Assembly (NCBI GenBank): GCA_951406725.2
Contig: OX597816.1
Coordinates: 116,436,001 to 116,500,000 of the forward strand
Origin: Octopus vulgaris
Taxonomy: Eukaryota
Direction of reading: 5' to 3'
DNA: 64,000 bases
Shown here piece after piece: positions 40,629-56,413 of this stretch (position 1 is the stretch's first letter; every line of letters begins with the position of its first letter). A program made the position numbers and the translations under genes. The notes below the pieces were generated by a model. It had not been told where the DNA came from. It made no database searches and saw only the letters and a program-made list of their open reading frames with translations.

Positions 40629-40820
40629 CAAGGTACAGCAACAACAGCAACAGAACCCCCACCACCTCCGGCTCCACCACCATCACCAGTAACATCATCA
40701 TTTAGAACATCTGCAAAAGCTGCTTCATAACCAATAACCGCCAACATAAGTATAACATCAGCAAAAAACAGAACTGGGAGAATACTTTAAAAACAAAAAA
40801 ATAATAATAATAATAATAAC

Positions 40821-40854
<34 letters not shown>

Positions 40855-41248
40855 GAAATATCGTCACCACATCCAGTAGCGGTGGCAGTGGCAGCAGAAG
40901 CGGCGGCTGCAGCAACAAAAGCAAAAACATCAGCATCAAAAATTTTGGTAGCTTCAAAAATGATCAAATTAAAATTTGCTGTTCATCTCAAAATAGAGCA
41001 ACTCATTGAAGGAAATCTAAGGAATTCAGCAGAGATTTGAAGCTGTGGACTTGTCACAATGTTTTGGTAAATTAGCATTGGGAGAGATAAGAAAAATTGA
41101 TGTTATATCTACTTATATTTATACATATGCGTGCGTATGTGTTCATATACATATGTTTTATAGATATACGTACATATATATCTGTGTGTGTGTATGTATA
41201 TATCTATTATATATATATATATATATTATATATATGTATACAATATAG

Positions 41249-41288
<40 letters not shown>

Positions 41289-42362
41289 ATATAGACAATT
41301 TTTTGTTGTGTATGATTATAGATGTGTTTTACATATATATGAGTGTGTATGCGAATGCTTGTGTATCATGTATATGTGTATGCATCCGTGTATATGCATA
41401 CGCATACACACAAACACATATATACATGTGTGGACATATGCATATATGAATGCGCGCGTGTGTGTGTGTGTAGATCGTCCATCATTTTTATCACACGATG
41501 ACCTACTGCCTTAGCAAAATATATGAAAATAATTATAAAAGATAAATAGATAAGATGAAGTAGAAAGACAGAAGATATGGATGAGTATTGCTCATTTGTG
41601 TGTTCTGCCATGACATAAAAGTCCCCTTCTAGTAGAGAATATGTTACAAATTTCTTAAGGATGTTCCTTTATACCAGGTATGATATGGCAGCACTTACGA
41701 GCTTCCTTTTTGGTCTCTGCTATAGAGATTCGTAAAGATTCAAATGTCAAACGCCTTTATATTCCTTCTGTCATTTCTACAGATGAGTGAACTGGGGCAA
41801 CTTGAAGTAAAGTGACCTACTCAAGAACACAACTCAGAGCCCAGTCCGAGAATCAAACCATTGAACCATAGAAGTTGAGCAATGTAAGAAACCCACATAG
41901 TGGAATTCTCTCTGTGTATAAAATCTTATACATTATTATATAGAAATATTCATGTCTTCTGACTTTTAATTACGCATGCTGGCCACTGGTAAAAAAAATT
42001 GTATATTTTAAATCATTTTTACCCTGCATTTATGTAGATATTTAGATTCTTCGGGCGGACAAAACGCTGTCGAATTTATTCACTGCGGTACGATTCTGGC
42101 TGGGCACGATACTTTGAAGATATTTAATTTTGAATCCATAATGTATAAAGACGGAACTAAGTACGCATGCGTTTTTTCGGTACGTACTCTAGTTCTATAA
42201 TTATGCATTGTTCAGCGATCGTAGTGAGGATCTACGGGTGGCCAATTGATCAATTGATTGACTAATTAATTGGTTTAATTGATCATTAATAGTGAAACTC
42301 ATGGGTATAAGATTAACTGATTTTTGTCATTCATTTAAATATCCCGGCCACCTACAAGCAAC

Positions 42363-42563
42363 GTCGAAACTGACATTTCAGAGTTCTTCGCTTTGGAAAC
42401 AAAAGAGTTTTACATTGATGGGATTAAAAAACTTGTAAATAGATGGATGGAAGTCATAGATAATCAGAGAAAGTACATTGAAGATTAAATTTCAGTTAAA
42501 TATAACATTTGATCACTTGTTTTCTTTATTCAAAATTCGGACAGAACTTATTGGATGACCTGA
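42363..42563 (+). mobile_element. 3' fragment of the same mariner family as 33832-35463
   Basis: Matches 35272-35463, including the right TIR and TA. Confidence 0.9.
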
Positions 42564-42572
42564 TATATATAA

Positions 42573-42724
42573 TATTTGATGTACACAGTATAAAGATGAG
42601 AGCTACAAATTGTTTCCTGCACTGGAGACGGATGAATAGCCAGGTTTTTAGCATTAGATACACCCGTGTCTCCAGTGCAAGAAACTGTTAGTAGTTCATG
42701 TCTTTATACTGTGTTCATTAAATA
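42573..42724. repeat. Hairpin element (~60-bp imperfect arms)
   Basis: ACACAGTATAAAGA...GTTTCCTGCACTGGAGAC vs GTCTCCAGTGCAAGAAAC...TCTTTATACTGTGT. Confidence 0.85.
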
Positions 42725-42991
42725 ATATTTATCTCTTACTGGAGAGAGTACTGATCTGTTGATTCTACCTTAACGGAAGAGTAAACTATATGTATATGCA
42801 TGCGTGTGTGTATGCAAATATATATGTGTGTGTATACATAATTATGTACATACATGTGTATATGTATGTATATACATGCATATGAAAATGTGTAGAAGAC
42901 TGCTTAACTACGAAAAGTGACAGACAGACATACAGATAGATAGATAGATAGAGAGATACATACATACATACATACATACATACATACATAC

Positions 42992-43072
<81 letters not shown>

Positions 43073-43323
43073 CACAACTCTTAGAATGACAAAACCTGAA
43101 CGCATTGATTACTAAGGCTGGCAAACGGAACTGATTGAGAGAAATAGAAAGGTACAAATGTTAAAGATTAACAGACGACAGAATGAGAAAGTCTGGCACA
43201 CGACACACTCACACATACTCACATACACTTATTCACGCACATATTCATTAACTTGAAGATGAAGCTTTACTCTATAACGATTTCTCTTTCCTTTATTTAT
43301 TCCAAAGCATATATATACATATA

Positions 43324-43385
<62 letters not shown>

Positions 43386-44164
43386 AGCATACATATAAAT
43401 CTTGAGAGAAAAGGAAGAAACAGACAGTTATATAGAAGACAGAGTTATAGAGATACTAAGACAAAGGAAAAAATATATAAAAAGGAAGAGAGAGAATGAA
43501 AGAGGGCAATGGGAGGAGAGAGAAAGCGAGATGATTGTAGAAAGAAATGAAATCACCAAAATGCTATAAAGCATACCAAGAATTAAAGAAAAAGACACAA
43601 CTAGATTTAAATCATACAATCTGAAATGAGTAGAAAAACTAAAACAGTAAGACAGAGAGAGATATTGGAGGATAATTTGAAGGAAATATTCCTGGCATCA
43701 TAATTGGAAGTTAAGTGTATTCAATGGATTAAAGAACATAAGCGAGGGACATTGCTTAATCTAGAAACAGACGTTATTAACAACGTCAACAACATCAACA
43801 ACGACGACGACGACGACGAAGACAACGATGAAGACGACTGCGGCGGCGGTGGCGGTGGCGGTGGTAGTGGTACTGCTGCTGGTGGCTGTAGTGTTGGTGA
43901 TTTTCGAGATGGTGATTATGATAATAACAGTATAGTAGTGGTTGTGTTCCTGATAATGTGGATATAAGAGCTGGTGGAAAGGGTGGTGTGGTGTGGTGGT
44001 AGTAGTGATGGTTGTAGTGGAGGTTGTTATGCTACCAGTGATAATGTCAAAATGAATAATATTTAAAACAAATGCTAATAATTTATCTTGAAACTTACTT
44101 TTTTTACTTTTTTATACGTATTTGGAAAAAGAATTCACTGAAGATATCAATACTTACTACATTT

Positions 44165-44770
44165 ACAGAACTTAAATCTGCTGTATGGAAGTCCAGCAAG
44201 TTCACAAAAGGAATGAAAAGGAGTGACGTTGATATCAGTAAAATTAATTGTATGGAAGTCCAGAAAGTTTACAGAATGACATCATTATCTGCTGCACTTG
44301 TATCAGTCAAAGCAATTGTATGGAAGTCCGGATTGTGCATAGAAAGTTCAGAAAATGACAACAATATCAGTGACACTTATATCAGTTAAATCAATTTTAT
44401 GGAAGTGTAGAAACTTCACAAAAATGGCGACATAGCTGTTGCACTTATTTTAGTTAATTGCCGTTGCAAGTGTATGGAAGTCCAGACAGTTCATAAAATG
44501 CATTAGCAGGAACAGCAATTGTATTAGTAGAAGCAATCGTATGGAAGACGGAAAGGTTTATAGGATGTATCAAATAGATAATACGATTAGTCAAATCAAC
44601 TGTATAGAGGTCTAGAAAATTTAAGAAACGATATCAGTAATTGCTATACTTGTATAAACTTAAAGTATTTGTATGAAAGCCCATAAATTTACAAAATTTA
44701 AAACTTATCGAATGGAACACTTGTATGGAAGTCCATAAAGTACACAGTAGGATACCAACAGCTGCTACAC
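44165..44770. repeat. Old minisatellite, ~9 units of ~68 bp
   Basis: TGTATGGAAGTCCA-like core at 44182, 44249, 44317, 44396, 44471, 44538, 44601, 44670 and 44722. Confidence 0.85.
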
Positions 44771-47347
44771 CTGCATGACTTGTTGTAACAATATGAAAAT
44801 AACAAGAACTCTAACAACTATTTGGAATTTTTAGCATGCATTCACCATTCTCTCATTTAAAAAACCCTCACTCGGCCCTTGCTTGCCTTTAGCCGGCTGA
44901 GACCACTTTAAAGTGAATATTTAGGGGAAGTTTCCAGTTAATCCTTCTTCCTATTAGCCCTGAGAAAACCCAGCAAACTTTTGTTTAAATATTCCTTGTT
45001 CTAAGTCATGCAAAAGAATATTAAAAACATTATTTTATAAAGGATTCTCGATGCTTTCGCTCTACTTGCTAAAAATAGTAACCAAACCTTTGTGTCATAG
45101 AAAAGGAACGAATACGTTAGTTAAGGTGGTCTTGCACATGAGAAAAATACAAGACAATTATGGCTAGAATATCATTGGTCATTGGGATTAAACAGCAAAT
45201 CTTTACTTACGTTAACCACTTTTTTTATTTAAAGTAGAGTGTATCTAACTTAGTATTATCTATTGTGTCTTTCTTTTCCTTAAATCAATAGAGTGAAATT
45301 TGACTGCCATTTTCAGCCCAACGAGAAACCATGTGTTTGAGTGTGCGTATGAGTGATACGTGTTGTGGGGTTGCATATGTACATGAGTGTTCATGCTGAG
45401 GTAATATATATTTTGACATTACTAAAACTTAAAAGAAAAAATAGTAAGTCCAAATTTAGTTGTATTTAGCTGATTTTCATTGGTTATTGATTATTATAAG
45501 CTAACAGCAATGATGGTCACTGTTGTTTTTATTCCAAATTCAAGCTCGGTGTTGAAGGAGCAGACCAGAATAGCATTCCAGCAACCACTATTTCCTATTT
45601 ATTCAGGCAAGCTGTATCTAGGACTACAACAGACAATGCATTTTTCTACGATTTTAAGATGGTAAGTGAACCTTGAGGTGGAATTTGGCTGCTATTTATG
45701 AAAGGTCAAATGATAACAGACACAACTTCATTAGTTCGATGCATTGATGATCGGTGGAGAATGCGAATAAATTTGTAAATAGTCGTCTTCATTGCTTTGT
45801 AGCAACCGAATCTCTCTAAGCAATTTCTCTACAGGCATTGAAACCAGCAATGAAACCGACCAAATCCGGTCTAAATATTCTTCCTTATATTTAAACTGAT
45901 CAGATTCAGCATCTCACACCTACATATAATGTCATTCTAAAAGTAAACAACCACATCATCGAAATTTTGAACTTACGAGATAATGCGTGATTAATTCAAA
46001 ACATTAATGCTGAATGGTTAAAGATGGAGAGCATATATTTTGGGATACGTATTTAAGCTATCAGGCATTAACAACAGATGTGGTTATAGTTTTGTGGAGT
46101 AAACACACGATTTGTGAGGTTAGATTTCTCTGTGATTGATTTGTTCAAACATAAAAGGTGAAATTATTTAACCATGAGAAACATTTACATCTGTCTTATG
46201 TATTTAGTTAATTTATGTAATTTATGAAATTAGTGACGATTAAAATCTTTTAGTATACTCTTTATTAAACTTCAGTATGAAAAATAAACACTGATGACTG
46301 TTCAATAATTTACATAACAGAACTAACAGCTAAAAATGTATCAAACACACAAATCAGTCTACCTGATTTAATTGTAAATGTAACGACAGTAGCTAATATA
46401 AACACAGTTTTGCTGTGCCAGTAAAATGTAGAGTAACCAACCGTTGATAAAACTATAGAAATAACTGAAGCATCGTCGTCCAATCGATCCCTCAATTAAT
46501 GTCAACGGTGAGATTGTATAAGCATGGCAGACACTTATGCCTGCCTTATTACCTAGTGAGTCTATTCAATTCATAAAAGAAGTGATTTCAAGAACCTTTT
46601 GGTATACTTCATAATTAACTTCAATATATTTCTTTTATGCCCCACTAAATTATTCATTTATATTTATTGTTTAGATGGGTTATTATTTTAAATCTAAGCA
46701 TTATATATATAGTCCAGGGGTTCGGGGTATTTGAACTAACGAAGAGAACTACGAGCTCAACAACGTTTAGGGATGAAAATACACTTCGACGTTTATTATC
46801 TTTATCTTCTATCATAAACTTCGTTATGTGTTTATATATACTCTAGAAGCATGAATAATCTAAGATTATTGAAAGAAGTGAAGGTCAAAGTTATACGACT
46901 GGAAACAGATACTTTACGAAAAATGCAATAAAAGGTTTGCTTAATTAAGCACGAAACTGTATATAGCGTAAAAATTACCAATGATGTGTCATTCCAGCTA
47001 TGTACACAAAACAAATCTCAATGAAGGATCATCTAAGCTATGTTAAATAATATATGATGCGCTGTACAATATATAAGTGCAATGTTTGAAATGAAAAGTG
47101 TATTATATTGTTTATAGTAAGTATATATATTTAGTACATGAAACTCATATATATATTAACCCTAAGAAATATATGCAGCAAAAGTATATCAAAATTTGTT
47201 AATTTGTTTTGTATGTACACACACACACACACAGATGCGTATGTCAGTGTTTGTGTTTAATTCTTTGTGACAGCACAACGATTTAAAATAAAAAACATTG
47301 TGTCTATGAAGTAGCTTAGTCTTTCCCTCAAACATAAAATATAATAA

Positions 47348-47590
47348 ATGCGCCCTTTTTAGAGCCTAGCCAGGCTCATGGGGCCCGGTTTCTTTGACGT
47401 ATGTATTCCCCAGCTGGACACGACGTCAGTCCATCGCAGCGTTACTCACTTTTGCCAGCTGAGTGGACTGGAGCAACGTGAAATGAAGTGTTTTGCTCAA
47501 GAACACAATGCGTCGCCCGGTTCAGGAATCGAAACCACAATCTTACGATCACGATGCTGAAACCCTAACCACTAAGCCACGCGCCTCCAC
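47348..47590 (-). mobile_element. tRNA-derived SINE (family C-related head)
   Basis: Minus strand: TGGCTTAGTGG, GGTTTCGATTCC, TGCTCCAGTCCACTCAGCTG. Confidence 0.8.
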
Positions 47591-47883
47591 TTTCCTTCAA
47601 ACATACATTAATAAAATCAGTACTAGGCTGAAATAATTACTAGAATTGATATGAACGACTAAAAAGCTTTGAAGTCGGCACCACACCATGGGAATAAGAA
47701 AATGCTACAAAGTTGCTAATAAATATCTGATGTAAACTTCACTTCTAAGTATCAAATTCATGAAAGGCACCGTATTTTCTGGCGTATGACAGGTACCCTA
47801 GCATAAGGTGTACCCTATTTTACAAGTATATTTTATGGAAAAAAATTAGCATGTTTTATCATGCGCTTATTGAAGTATATGTA

Positions 47884-48035
47884 GGCGTAGGAGTGGCTGT
47901 GTGGTAATTAGCTTCCTTAACAACCACATGGTCCCGGGTTCAGTCCCACTGCGTGGCACCTTGGGCAAGTGTCTTCTATTATAGCCTCGGGCCGACTTGG
48001 TGGATTTGGTAGGCGGAAACTGAAAGAAGCCCGTC

Positions 48036-48091
<56 letters not shown>

Positions 48092-48295
48092 GCATCTGTA
48101 TGTGTATGTTTGTGTGTCTGTCTCCCCAACATCACTTGACAACCGATGCTGGTGTGTTTACGTCCCCGTAACTTAGCGGCTCGACAAAAGAAACCGATAG
48201 AATAAGTACTAGGCTTACAAAGAATAAGTCCTGGTGTTGATTTGCTCCAGCATGGCCACAGTCAAATGATTGAAACAAGTAAAAGAGTAAAGAGT
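47884..48295 (+). mobile_element. Full-length family A SINE
   Basis: Complete head, internal (TA)n and GTAAAAGA tail. Confidence 0.92.
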
Positions 48296-48832
48296 AGTTT
48301 TATAGGGAGAAATGTATAATTCTATACAAATAAATACAGTAGTATGCCAATATAAAGTATGAAGCCACAAATTTATTTTAGATATGCTACGTTATCGCAT
48401 CTGAACTTTATTTACTTTCAGATCAACTGAATAGTTGTTTATGTTTTGGTCAAGAGAATTGCCATACAGGATATAAAACTCGTATTTTTAGCTACGATGT
48501 TTTTTCTTATAACCGCTGTTAGCCACCAGGATTACCCACCACCGCTTTGGTTTTGTTGTCATCCATTCGTTGCATATAGCTGACAGGCAGATAAAAGTTT
48601 ATTAACATTCCTTTCATCTTTCTAGAATTTTTCATTTAGATCATTTAAAAAATAAAATGCTTCTTAAAGGTAACAGATTCATTAAATAATATAAGACACA
48701 TATCAGACATGGGAAGGAGGTGTAATGAGATGATGTGGCTTCCCTACATAACTGCCGACCTATCATAAGCAAGTTTTCGTAAGTTTGTGCCAACAGTTTG
48801 TGATATTTTGACTTATTTTCAATATTTCGATA

Positions 48833-48995
48833 GGCACGAGCGTAGCTATGTGTTAAGAGGATTGATTCCCAATCACATAGTTCCGGGTTCAGCCCCACTG
48901 CCTGGCACCTCAAGTGAGTGTTTTCTACTATTACCTCGGGCCAACCAAAGCCTTGTGACTGGATTTGGTAGACGGAAACCGAAAGAAGCCTGTAG
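48833..48995 (+). mobile_element. Diverged family A SINE, 5' half
   Basis: TTCCGGGTTCAGCCCCACTG...GGATTTGGTAGACGGAAAC. Confidence 0.75.
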
Positions 48996-49163
48996 CGTGT
49001 GAGTATATATATGTATATATATGTATATATATATATTATTATATTATATTATATCATATTATATTATATTACATTATATTATATTAGAGGAAAAATCAAA
49101 ACCAAAGCAGAACGAGTATCTCAAGTCATTTAAAATAAGTTAATTAGGGAAAAGGGAACTCGA

Positions 49164-49241
49164 AATCTTACAGCCGTTTCTGGGATAACGGAAGCGGTAG
49201 GTGAGCATGTCCAGGCATTGGGCTTTTAGTCATCAGAGACT
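49164..49241 (-). ncRNA. Hammerhead-like motif with disrupted stem II
   Basis: Minus strand: AGUCU-CUGAUGA-(49 nt)-GAAAC-GGCU-GUA-AGAUU. Stem I is 5 bp including a G-U pair. Confidence 0.5.
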
Positions 49242-50158
49242 AGGTATGAATATTGTAGACAGGGAAACTTTACAGTTTACAAGGAATAAAATAGAATCGT
49301 AAAGGAGTAAATTGAAAAATAAAGAGTAAAAGTAGTTTGAGGAATTATAGTTTGAAGAATAAAGAGTAAAAGTAGTTTGAGAATAATGTTCACAACTCAT
49401 CTTTTTCTAGAGGATATGGACGTTGGTCCGTACTTACATGAAGGTACAGGTCATTAGTTAAAATCCTAGGTAAATCTAGGAGGTATTTTGGCAGTGTTTG
49501 AATGATGTATTCATATTATAAATGTGTATATAGAGCGAGAAAGTAAGATAGACATAAATGGGTTTTGCGAGTGGGTGTATATAGGGGAGGGGGAGAGGAG
49601 AAAGAGCGAGAGAGAGAGGAGAAAGAGAGAGAGAGAGAGGAGAGAGGAGAAAGGAATATAAATAAGCAACGAATTTCGAACGAGTGCTACACGGGTGAAC
49701 GTAGGGCGGACGAGAGGATGTCACCCGAGGTTCTTCTAGGTTTCTTGCGGGGATTTTAGTTTGTCTAAAAGTGGAAGGGTTAGAGTTTGTCTAGCAGTAT
49801 TTGCATCAGCTTGCAAGGCTGAAGTTTCTGAGTTAGGTGTTAACAAGGAATAAGAATGTAATAGAAAGAACCAATTCTCAGCAAAAACAACAGAGAAGTT
49901 ATAGCAGTCAATAAAAAGAACGTTTGGTAAATGATTAATGAAATGACGAGAAAAGTGACTGTGGCTCATTGATTTTATATCACATTTAATGAAAAATATC
50001 GTCGTTGATCATAGGTTTCCAACAACGCAGTCACTGATTCGCTGTAACAAGGGAGTGTCTGATACACACTTGAATAAATGATACAGAAATTTTAAAACGT
50101 GATACCGGCTGTTTTGTTTTCACTCTGACGTTTACATCTTTCACCGATCTATATACGT

Positions 50159-50211
<53 letters not shown>

Positions 50212-50261
50212 AGTGTGTAGATAAATATACATATATTCGCACCGAAAGCATATATACATAC

Positions 50262-50279
50262 ATACATATAGAACTGAGG

Positions 50280-50329
<50 letters not shown>

Positions 50330-51603
50330 CTGTGGTTTTCCCCAAACTGGGAACATACATTACTTATGTTCCAGAATGGTTTTAGACTCTTAAAACTTTT
50401 CACATAATGACTAATGGGGTCCCTGGGGGCAGAAAACCCCCTTTCCTGGGGTACATATGACTGCTCATATGGTCCATACATTGCTTCTGTTCGAACTGGA
50501 AAACAACAGCTACTGAAATGATATAAGTAGGTTGTATTGTATGGATGAACCGATGTAGACTTCAAACTGTGTTGTCTCAGTAGTAGCAATAATAGCCTGA
50601 CCCCGTAGTACCTAAGATAGCGATTTGTTGGATTAAAAACCGTTTGGAACACACTATATTTATTAGGAAAATTATGCTATAATATGTTAAATCCTGAGCA
50701 ACTATTCAACTATTTTGTTTTAGCTTCAGTATCAAAGTCTTCCTTCTAAGTATAGACGAAGCCCATACAGATATGCTTCGGCTATTGATTACAAACCAAA
50801 ATATTGTATGTACATTAACCAACTAATTTATGGTGTCTAATACCCAAATACGTTTGTTAAAGACTGTGTCCTTTATGTGACCTTGCGTGCCCAGACGCTG
50901 CATGCAGAATTGTTTTCGTTTGGGAACTGAGTTGTCCTCACAAGGATCGCACGATGTTTACGCGAAGGTGTGCACGGTTGAGCCACGACTATCGATTCCC
51001 AACTACGTCATCAACCCAGTGTCACGTGACCCAACGAAGTTTGTCAGAGAGCGTGTCCTTAATGTGACTTTGCGTACCCCGACGCTGCATGCAGAATTGT
51101 TTTCGCTTGGGAGCTGAGTGGTTCTCACAAGGTTGCACGCTGTTTACACACGAAGAATTGCACGGTTGGGCCACGTCTATTGATTTCAAACCAAAATATC
51201 ACATGACAGTGCTGTTTTCAAGCGCTTCCTTGCCACCACTACCACCGGCATCCCACTTATGACGTCATTTCTTTCATGTAGATTTCTGTCATGTGATGCT
51301 GTTGAGCGCGCCCATAGGTTTAATTTATCACATAGATGTAGTTCCTGTCTACTGATTGTTCAGCGTGGTAGCAGCCGCAAAGGAGAGTATATCTACTGAT
51401 AGCTTTTGGGTGCGTTCAAAAATCACATACATCCACTACCATCACTTTTCCAAACAGACGCATGACATGTCACTTAATTGAATTAGTCCTTCATTTACTT
51501 TACAAATGTTTTGTTGTCAATGCTGCACGTGTTACAACTTAACCGTACCATATATACAAATTATGCCATTTAAACCCCGAGCAACGCCGGGTATGACTGC
51601 TGG
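50262..51603 (+). mobile_element. Non-autonomous Helitron with internal 187-bp tandem duplication (5' end uncertain)
   Basis: Same 3' hairpin CCCGAGCAACGCCGGG as the first Helitron, then CTGG|T. ATATAGAACTGAGGATGTGTGT at ~50265 resembles the first Helitron's 5' end. Repeat units start at 50866 and 51053. Confidence 0.65.
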
Positions 51604-51638
51604 TATATTATATAAAACAACTTAACATAATATTTAGC

Positions 51639-51714
<76 letters not shown>

Positions 51715-53948
51715 CAGTAGTATCAGTGCCAAGCAGTGTTTAGGCATAAGCAAACTTAACGTTTGTTAAAATATGTTTGTGACATACTTTAACTTCTAAA
51801 GGCAAATTCACTGCAATCATAGTGTAGAAATTTCTATTATATGGTAAATAGGTGTAAAAACACTATAACTGTCCAGTGCTGCCCCCAACTACATCAGATT
51901 TCTAGCCATGTTTCTAGTTTTTTAGTCGTTATCAATGGGAAATACCGAAGAGTGACAACTCTGGACAGACGTTATCAAATCTGTAGCTTTAACTAAAATA
52001 TAGTCAGTAATATTGACTATGTTGCGCCATTTGACCACCAGGTCAGAAAAAGTTACATCAGTACCAGCGACAAGCAGATTTTAGGCATGTGCGTGTGTAT
52101 GAATGTATGTATGTACGTGTGTGTGTGCGTGTTTGTGTGTGCGCGTGTGCGTGTGTGTGTGTATGCGCGTGTGTGTGTGTGTGCATCAACAAAGGCGTGA
52201 TATATGCCAGCAAGTCGTCTCTGGAAAGACAAATCTCAACATGGTAGGATTTGAAATCATAAAACAATTAATTGGAACAAATATCGCAATGCATTGAATC
52301 AGATGTTACTATGGTTCTGCCTATTCCTTCTTCAGACACACATACGCACGTTTAGACACACATGTATGTATATATGCATGAAGGTATATTTGCATACTTG
52401 CTTGGTTACATACATGCTGACACGCATGTTTGCTTGGATGAGTGACAGTATGTTTGTGTGAATGTGTATGCATGTAAGACCACAGTTTTTGTCTTCTAAA
52501 TTTCTTCCCACGGCACAGATTAACTCGAGGCTTTAGTAGAGGACACTAACATCTTAACTACACAGCTATAGCGGCTGAGATACGGGAAAAATTATACTGG
52601 TTCACTGCTACAGCAGTGACTCACACAGTTAATTAGGTTGTGCGGAAATACCAGCAGGAAATTTGAACTCCTGACATTTGGGTATTACACCTTTACAAAG
52701 AGAAATACAGGTAGGTAAAAAGAATAAAACGGTAAATAGATAAAAAAAATTATTATACTGTATTAATTTCTCTAAAATACTTAGAAATGTCATGTAGTGT
52801 CAAACTTTAAGCTAAAATTTCAAAATTCATCAACGAACTTAAGGGTCTGTTTAAATTTGGCTTGATATGATGGTAAGATGATGAAAATAGAGTGGTTTTA
52901 AAAATAAATATCAGCCTCGCTGGTTACAAAAATTTAAAATATTCGGAAAATATTCAAGCAGAAAAAATATTGAATAATTTTTGTAATTTTTTAAGAAGCA
53001 AAATAGCAAATAAAATAAGTAACATTAAGATATTTTAGTATAGAGTTCGCGGTTGTAAAAGAATTTAATTAAGAATTACATGAAAATATAAGTTTGTTGA
53101 GATGTTCTACAGAAAACAAAACTTATAATTCAATTTTTGAACTTAACAGAAAACGTAATTTAAGCGAAATTAATTAAAGCTTTGCAATTATGTATTTAAA
53201 AATATATACATACATACATACACAAAACACACACACACATGTGTGTGTATTTTGTGATAGCCTCTTTCTTATTACAGAGATATAACCATTACAAATTTGC
53301 TAATTCCCCAGGCATGGCCCCTTAGATCACTTTCTGGTCTTGACTTTGTTTCAGTTCTTTTAAGACAAATGTAGAATAGAATTTTGTTAAGGATCTCAAC
53401 AACAATGGCTCCGCCTTTGTGCATTCGTCTAGAATATATTTTTAACCGGACAGTATATGAGCACAGCTGACCTAAAGTTCAGCCACTGCATGCATGTAAG
53501 AATCCCATTTTAGTCTCCAGGTGTTGCCGTGTATGTTTGGAAAAACTGGTTTTGAAAATGTAGTACAACCTAAAGACAATGCAGATTAGATGACCATCAC
53601 CTTTGAGCCCTCTACCATACAGAACCTCAGGAACCTGTAGTTTTCGGATTTTACATTTCACTGTTTAATTGGCAATTCAACTTTTCTCAAAGTGCATGCT
53701 GTTGTTCCAGGTTACAGATAGCTTATGTTTTGTGCCAGATGTCCCGAGTTAACAGTGCTAATGATCAAGTTTAAGGTTGTCTCTTGTAACTTCAGGAACT
53801 CTTTTTGGATTTTACTGAGATCACTTGCGGAGAACTAATTCAAAAATGCTTTGAAAGCCTAAAATCGTCAATAATCTAAAGCGTCAGATGACATGGCAAC
53901 TTACCGCGAGGCAACCCTCTCCTTTCAAACATTTCTATTTTCGTATTA

Positions 53949-54310
<362 letters not shown>

Positions 54311-54383
54311 TTTATTGCCTATAGTTTTGTAATAGACATTGACTTCAGGAAAGATTACTTAGTTAATGGGCAGTGCTTCTCTC

Positions 54384-54480
<97 letters not shown>

Positions 54481-54748
54481 AATATATTGAGAGAGAGAGA
54501 GATTTATGTATGCACGTGTATGTTTACTTATATATATACATATACATATAGATATATATATATGCATATATACATGTATGTATATATGTATACATACACA
54601 CACACACATATTCATATAAGTATAATGCCCATGAAAATAGCTGAGCCTAATTTTTTGGGTTCATTCCCAGTTCAATTCTTAATTCCCAATACGTGTTTCC
54701 AAATGTTTCATACCATTCCGTTATCGTACTTCTCTCCAACTCTTACTC

Positions 54749-54820
<72 letters not shown>

Positions 54821-55428
54821 CTCTCTTGCTTGCTCGCTTTGTCACTGTTTTTACTCTTATACACGTTATCACCCGTTGAAGCTTTATTCCTTTGTTATTT
54901 TATCACATTACCTCTCTAATTCCCCAATTGTAGAGATTTATCTTCTTTACATTTCTCTCAAATTCTCATTACCTTTTGCTCTCAGTTGTTTTTTCATCCC
55001 TAACTTTATTTAACTGTCTGCCCATGACTGCTGACTCCCTCCCTGTGAATCTGCCACCGATTTATTATCTACCAAATCTACCAATTTCTATAATGTTTAC
55101 TCTGTCTCTCACTTCTTTCAGTACAGCTATCACATTATACTCCCTTCGCGGAAGGATTATTTGATATTTAAACGTCTTGATGTGCGCCATAACAATAAAA
55201 TCTCATAGTTGATTACATAATACTAAAAGGCCACATCACCAGTCAAAGGACTAGATTGGCTTTTCATATACAGAAAGAAAATTAGGCTGAGAGAAAAAAA
55301 AAGCAAAGGGTATTCATCCATGAATAACACCTATACACGCATAAATGTTTATATGAGAAACAGACAGACACACAGAGAGAAAGAGAGTAGAGAGTAGACA
55401 AAAAATAGATAGATAGACAGACATACAA

Positions 55429-55466
<38 letters not shown>

Positions 55467-55476
55467 TGGTAGATTA

Positions 55477-55560
<84 letters not shown>

Positions 55561-56088
55561 TAGGTAGGTATGTAGATAGATAGATAGATAAAGTAGGTAG
55601 GTATGTAGGTATGTACGTGGTTAGGTAAGTAAAATAAAATAAAATAACTACCGTCTGATTTCATTTCGAAAATGTCACCAGATTTTTAGTACGAACACAA
55701 TAAATATCTGGAAGTTATAACGTTGTGTTCAGCTGAATAAATATTTTTTATTTATTTCCATTCCAAATGACATTTATTAAGGTAAAGCTGAAGGCTGTTT
55801 TAGCAAACTAAACATGTTTGAAGATCAATGCAGTTTTTGATTACTAGATACTTTTGAGAGAACTGAAGAAGAAAAACGGAGCTCACCATGATAGCTGGAA
55901 TTCACACCAAGTTCTTGATGTTGATGCAAAGGCCTGTACTTTCCAAGTCATTTTCTCCAATTGAAAACAAAGAAAATCCCAAAATATTTACACTCACGCT
56001 AACATAGACCCACAATTATACATACGTACGCACATACATATGTGTGTATATATGTTTGTTTCTATTTCTATAGATCTGCCAATCTATT

Positions 56089-56162
<74 letters not shown>

Positions 56163-56335
56163 CATATATATATGTATGTATACTTTTGTCTATGTATAAT
56201 GATGTGTGTGTGTGTGGATGTTTGTAGATGTATGTTTGTGTGTGTATGTATATATATATATATACATACATACATACATACATACACACACACATATATA
56301 CACACACATATATATATATATACATATATATATAC

Positions 56336-56413
<78 letters not shown>

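Noticed and set aside
44165-44770. CRISPR-like repeat/spacer appearance
   Set aside because: The 'spacers' are homologous to each other, the repeats are degenerate, there are no cas genes and the context is eukaryotic.
53300-53830. Possible LINE endonuclease remnant on the minus strand
   Set aside because: The resemblance is too weak to support without a translated search.
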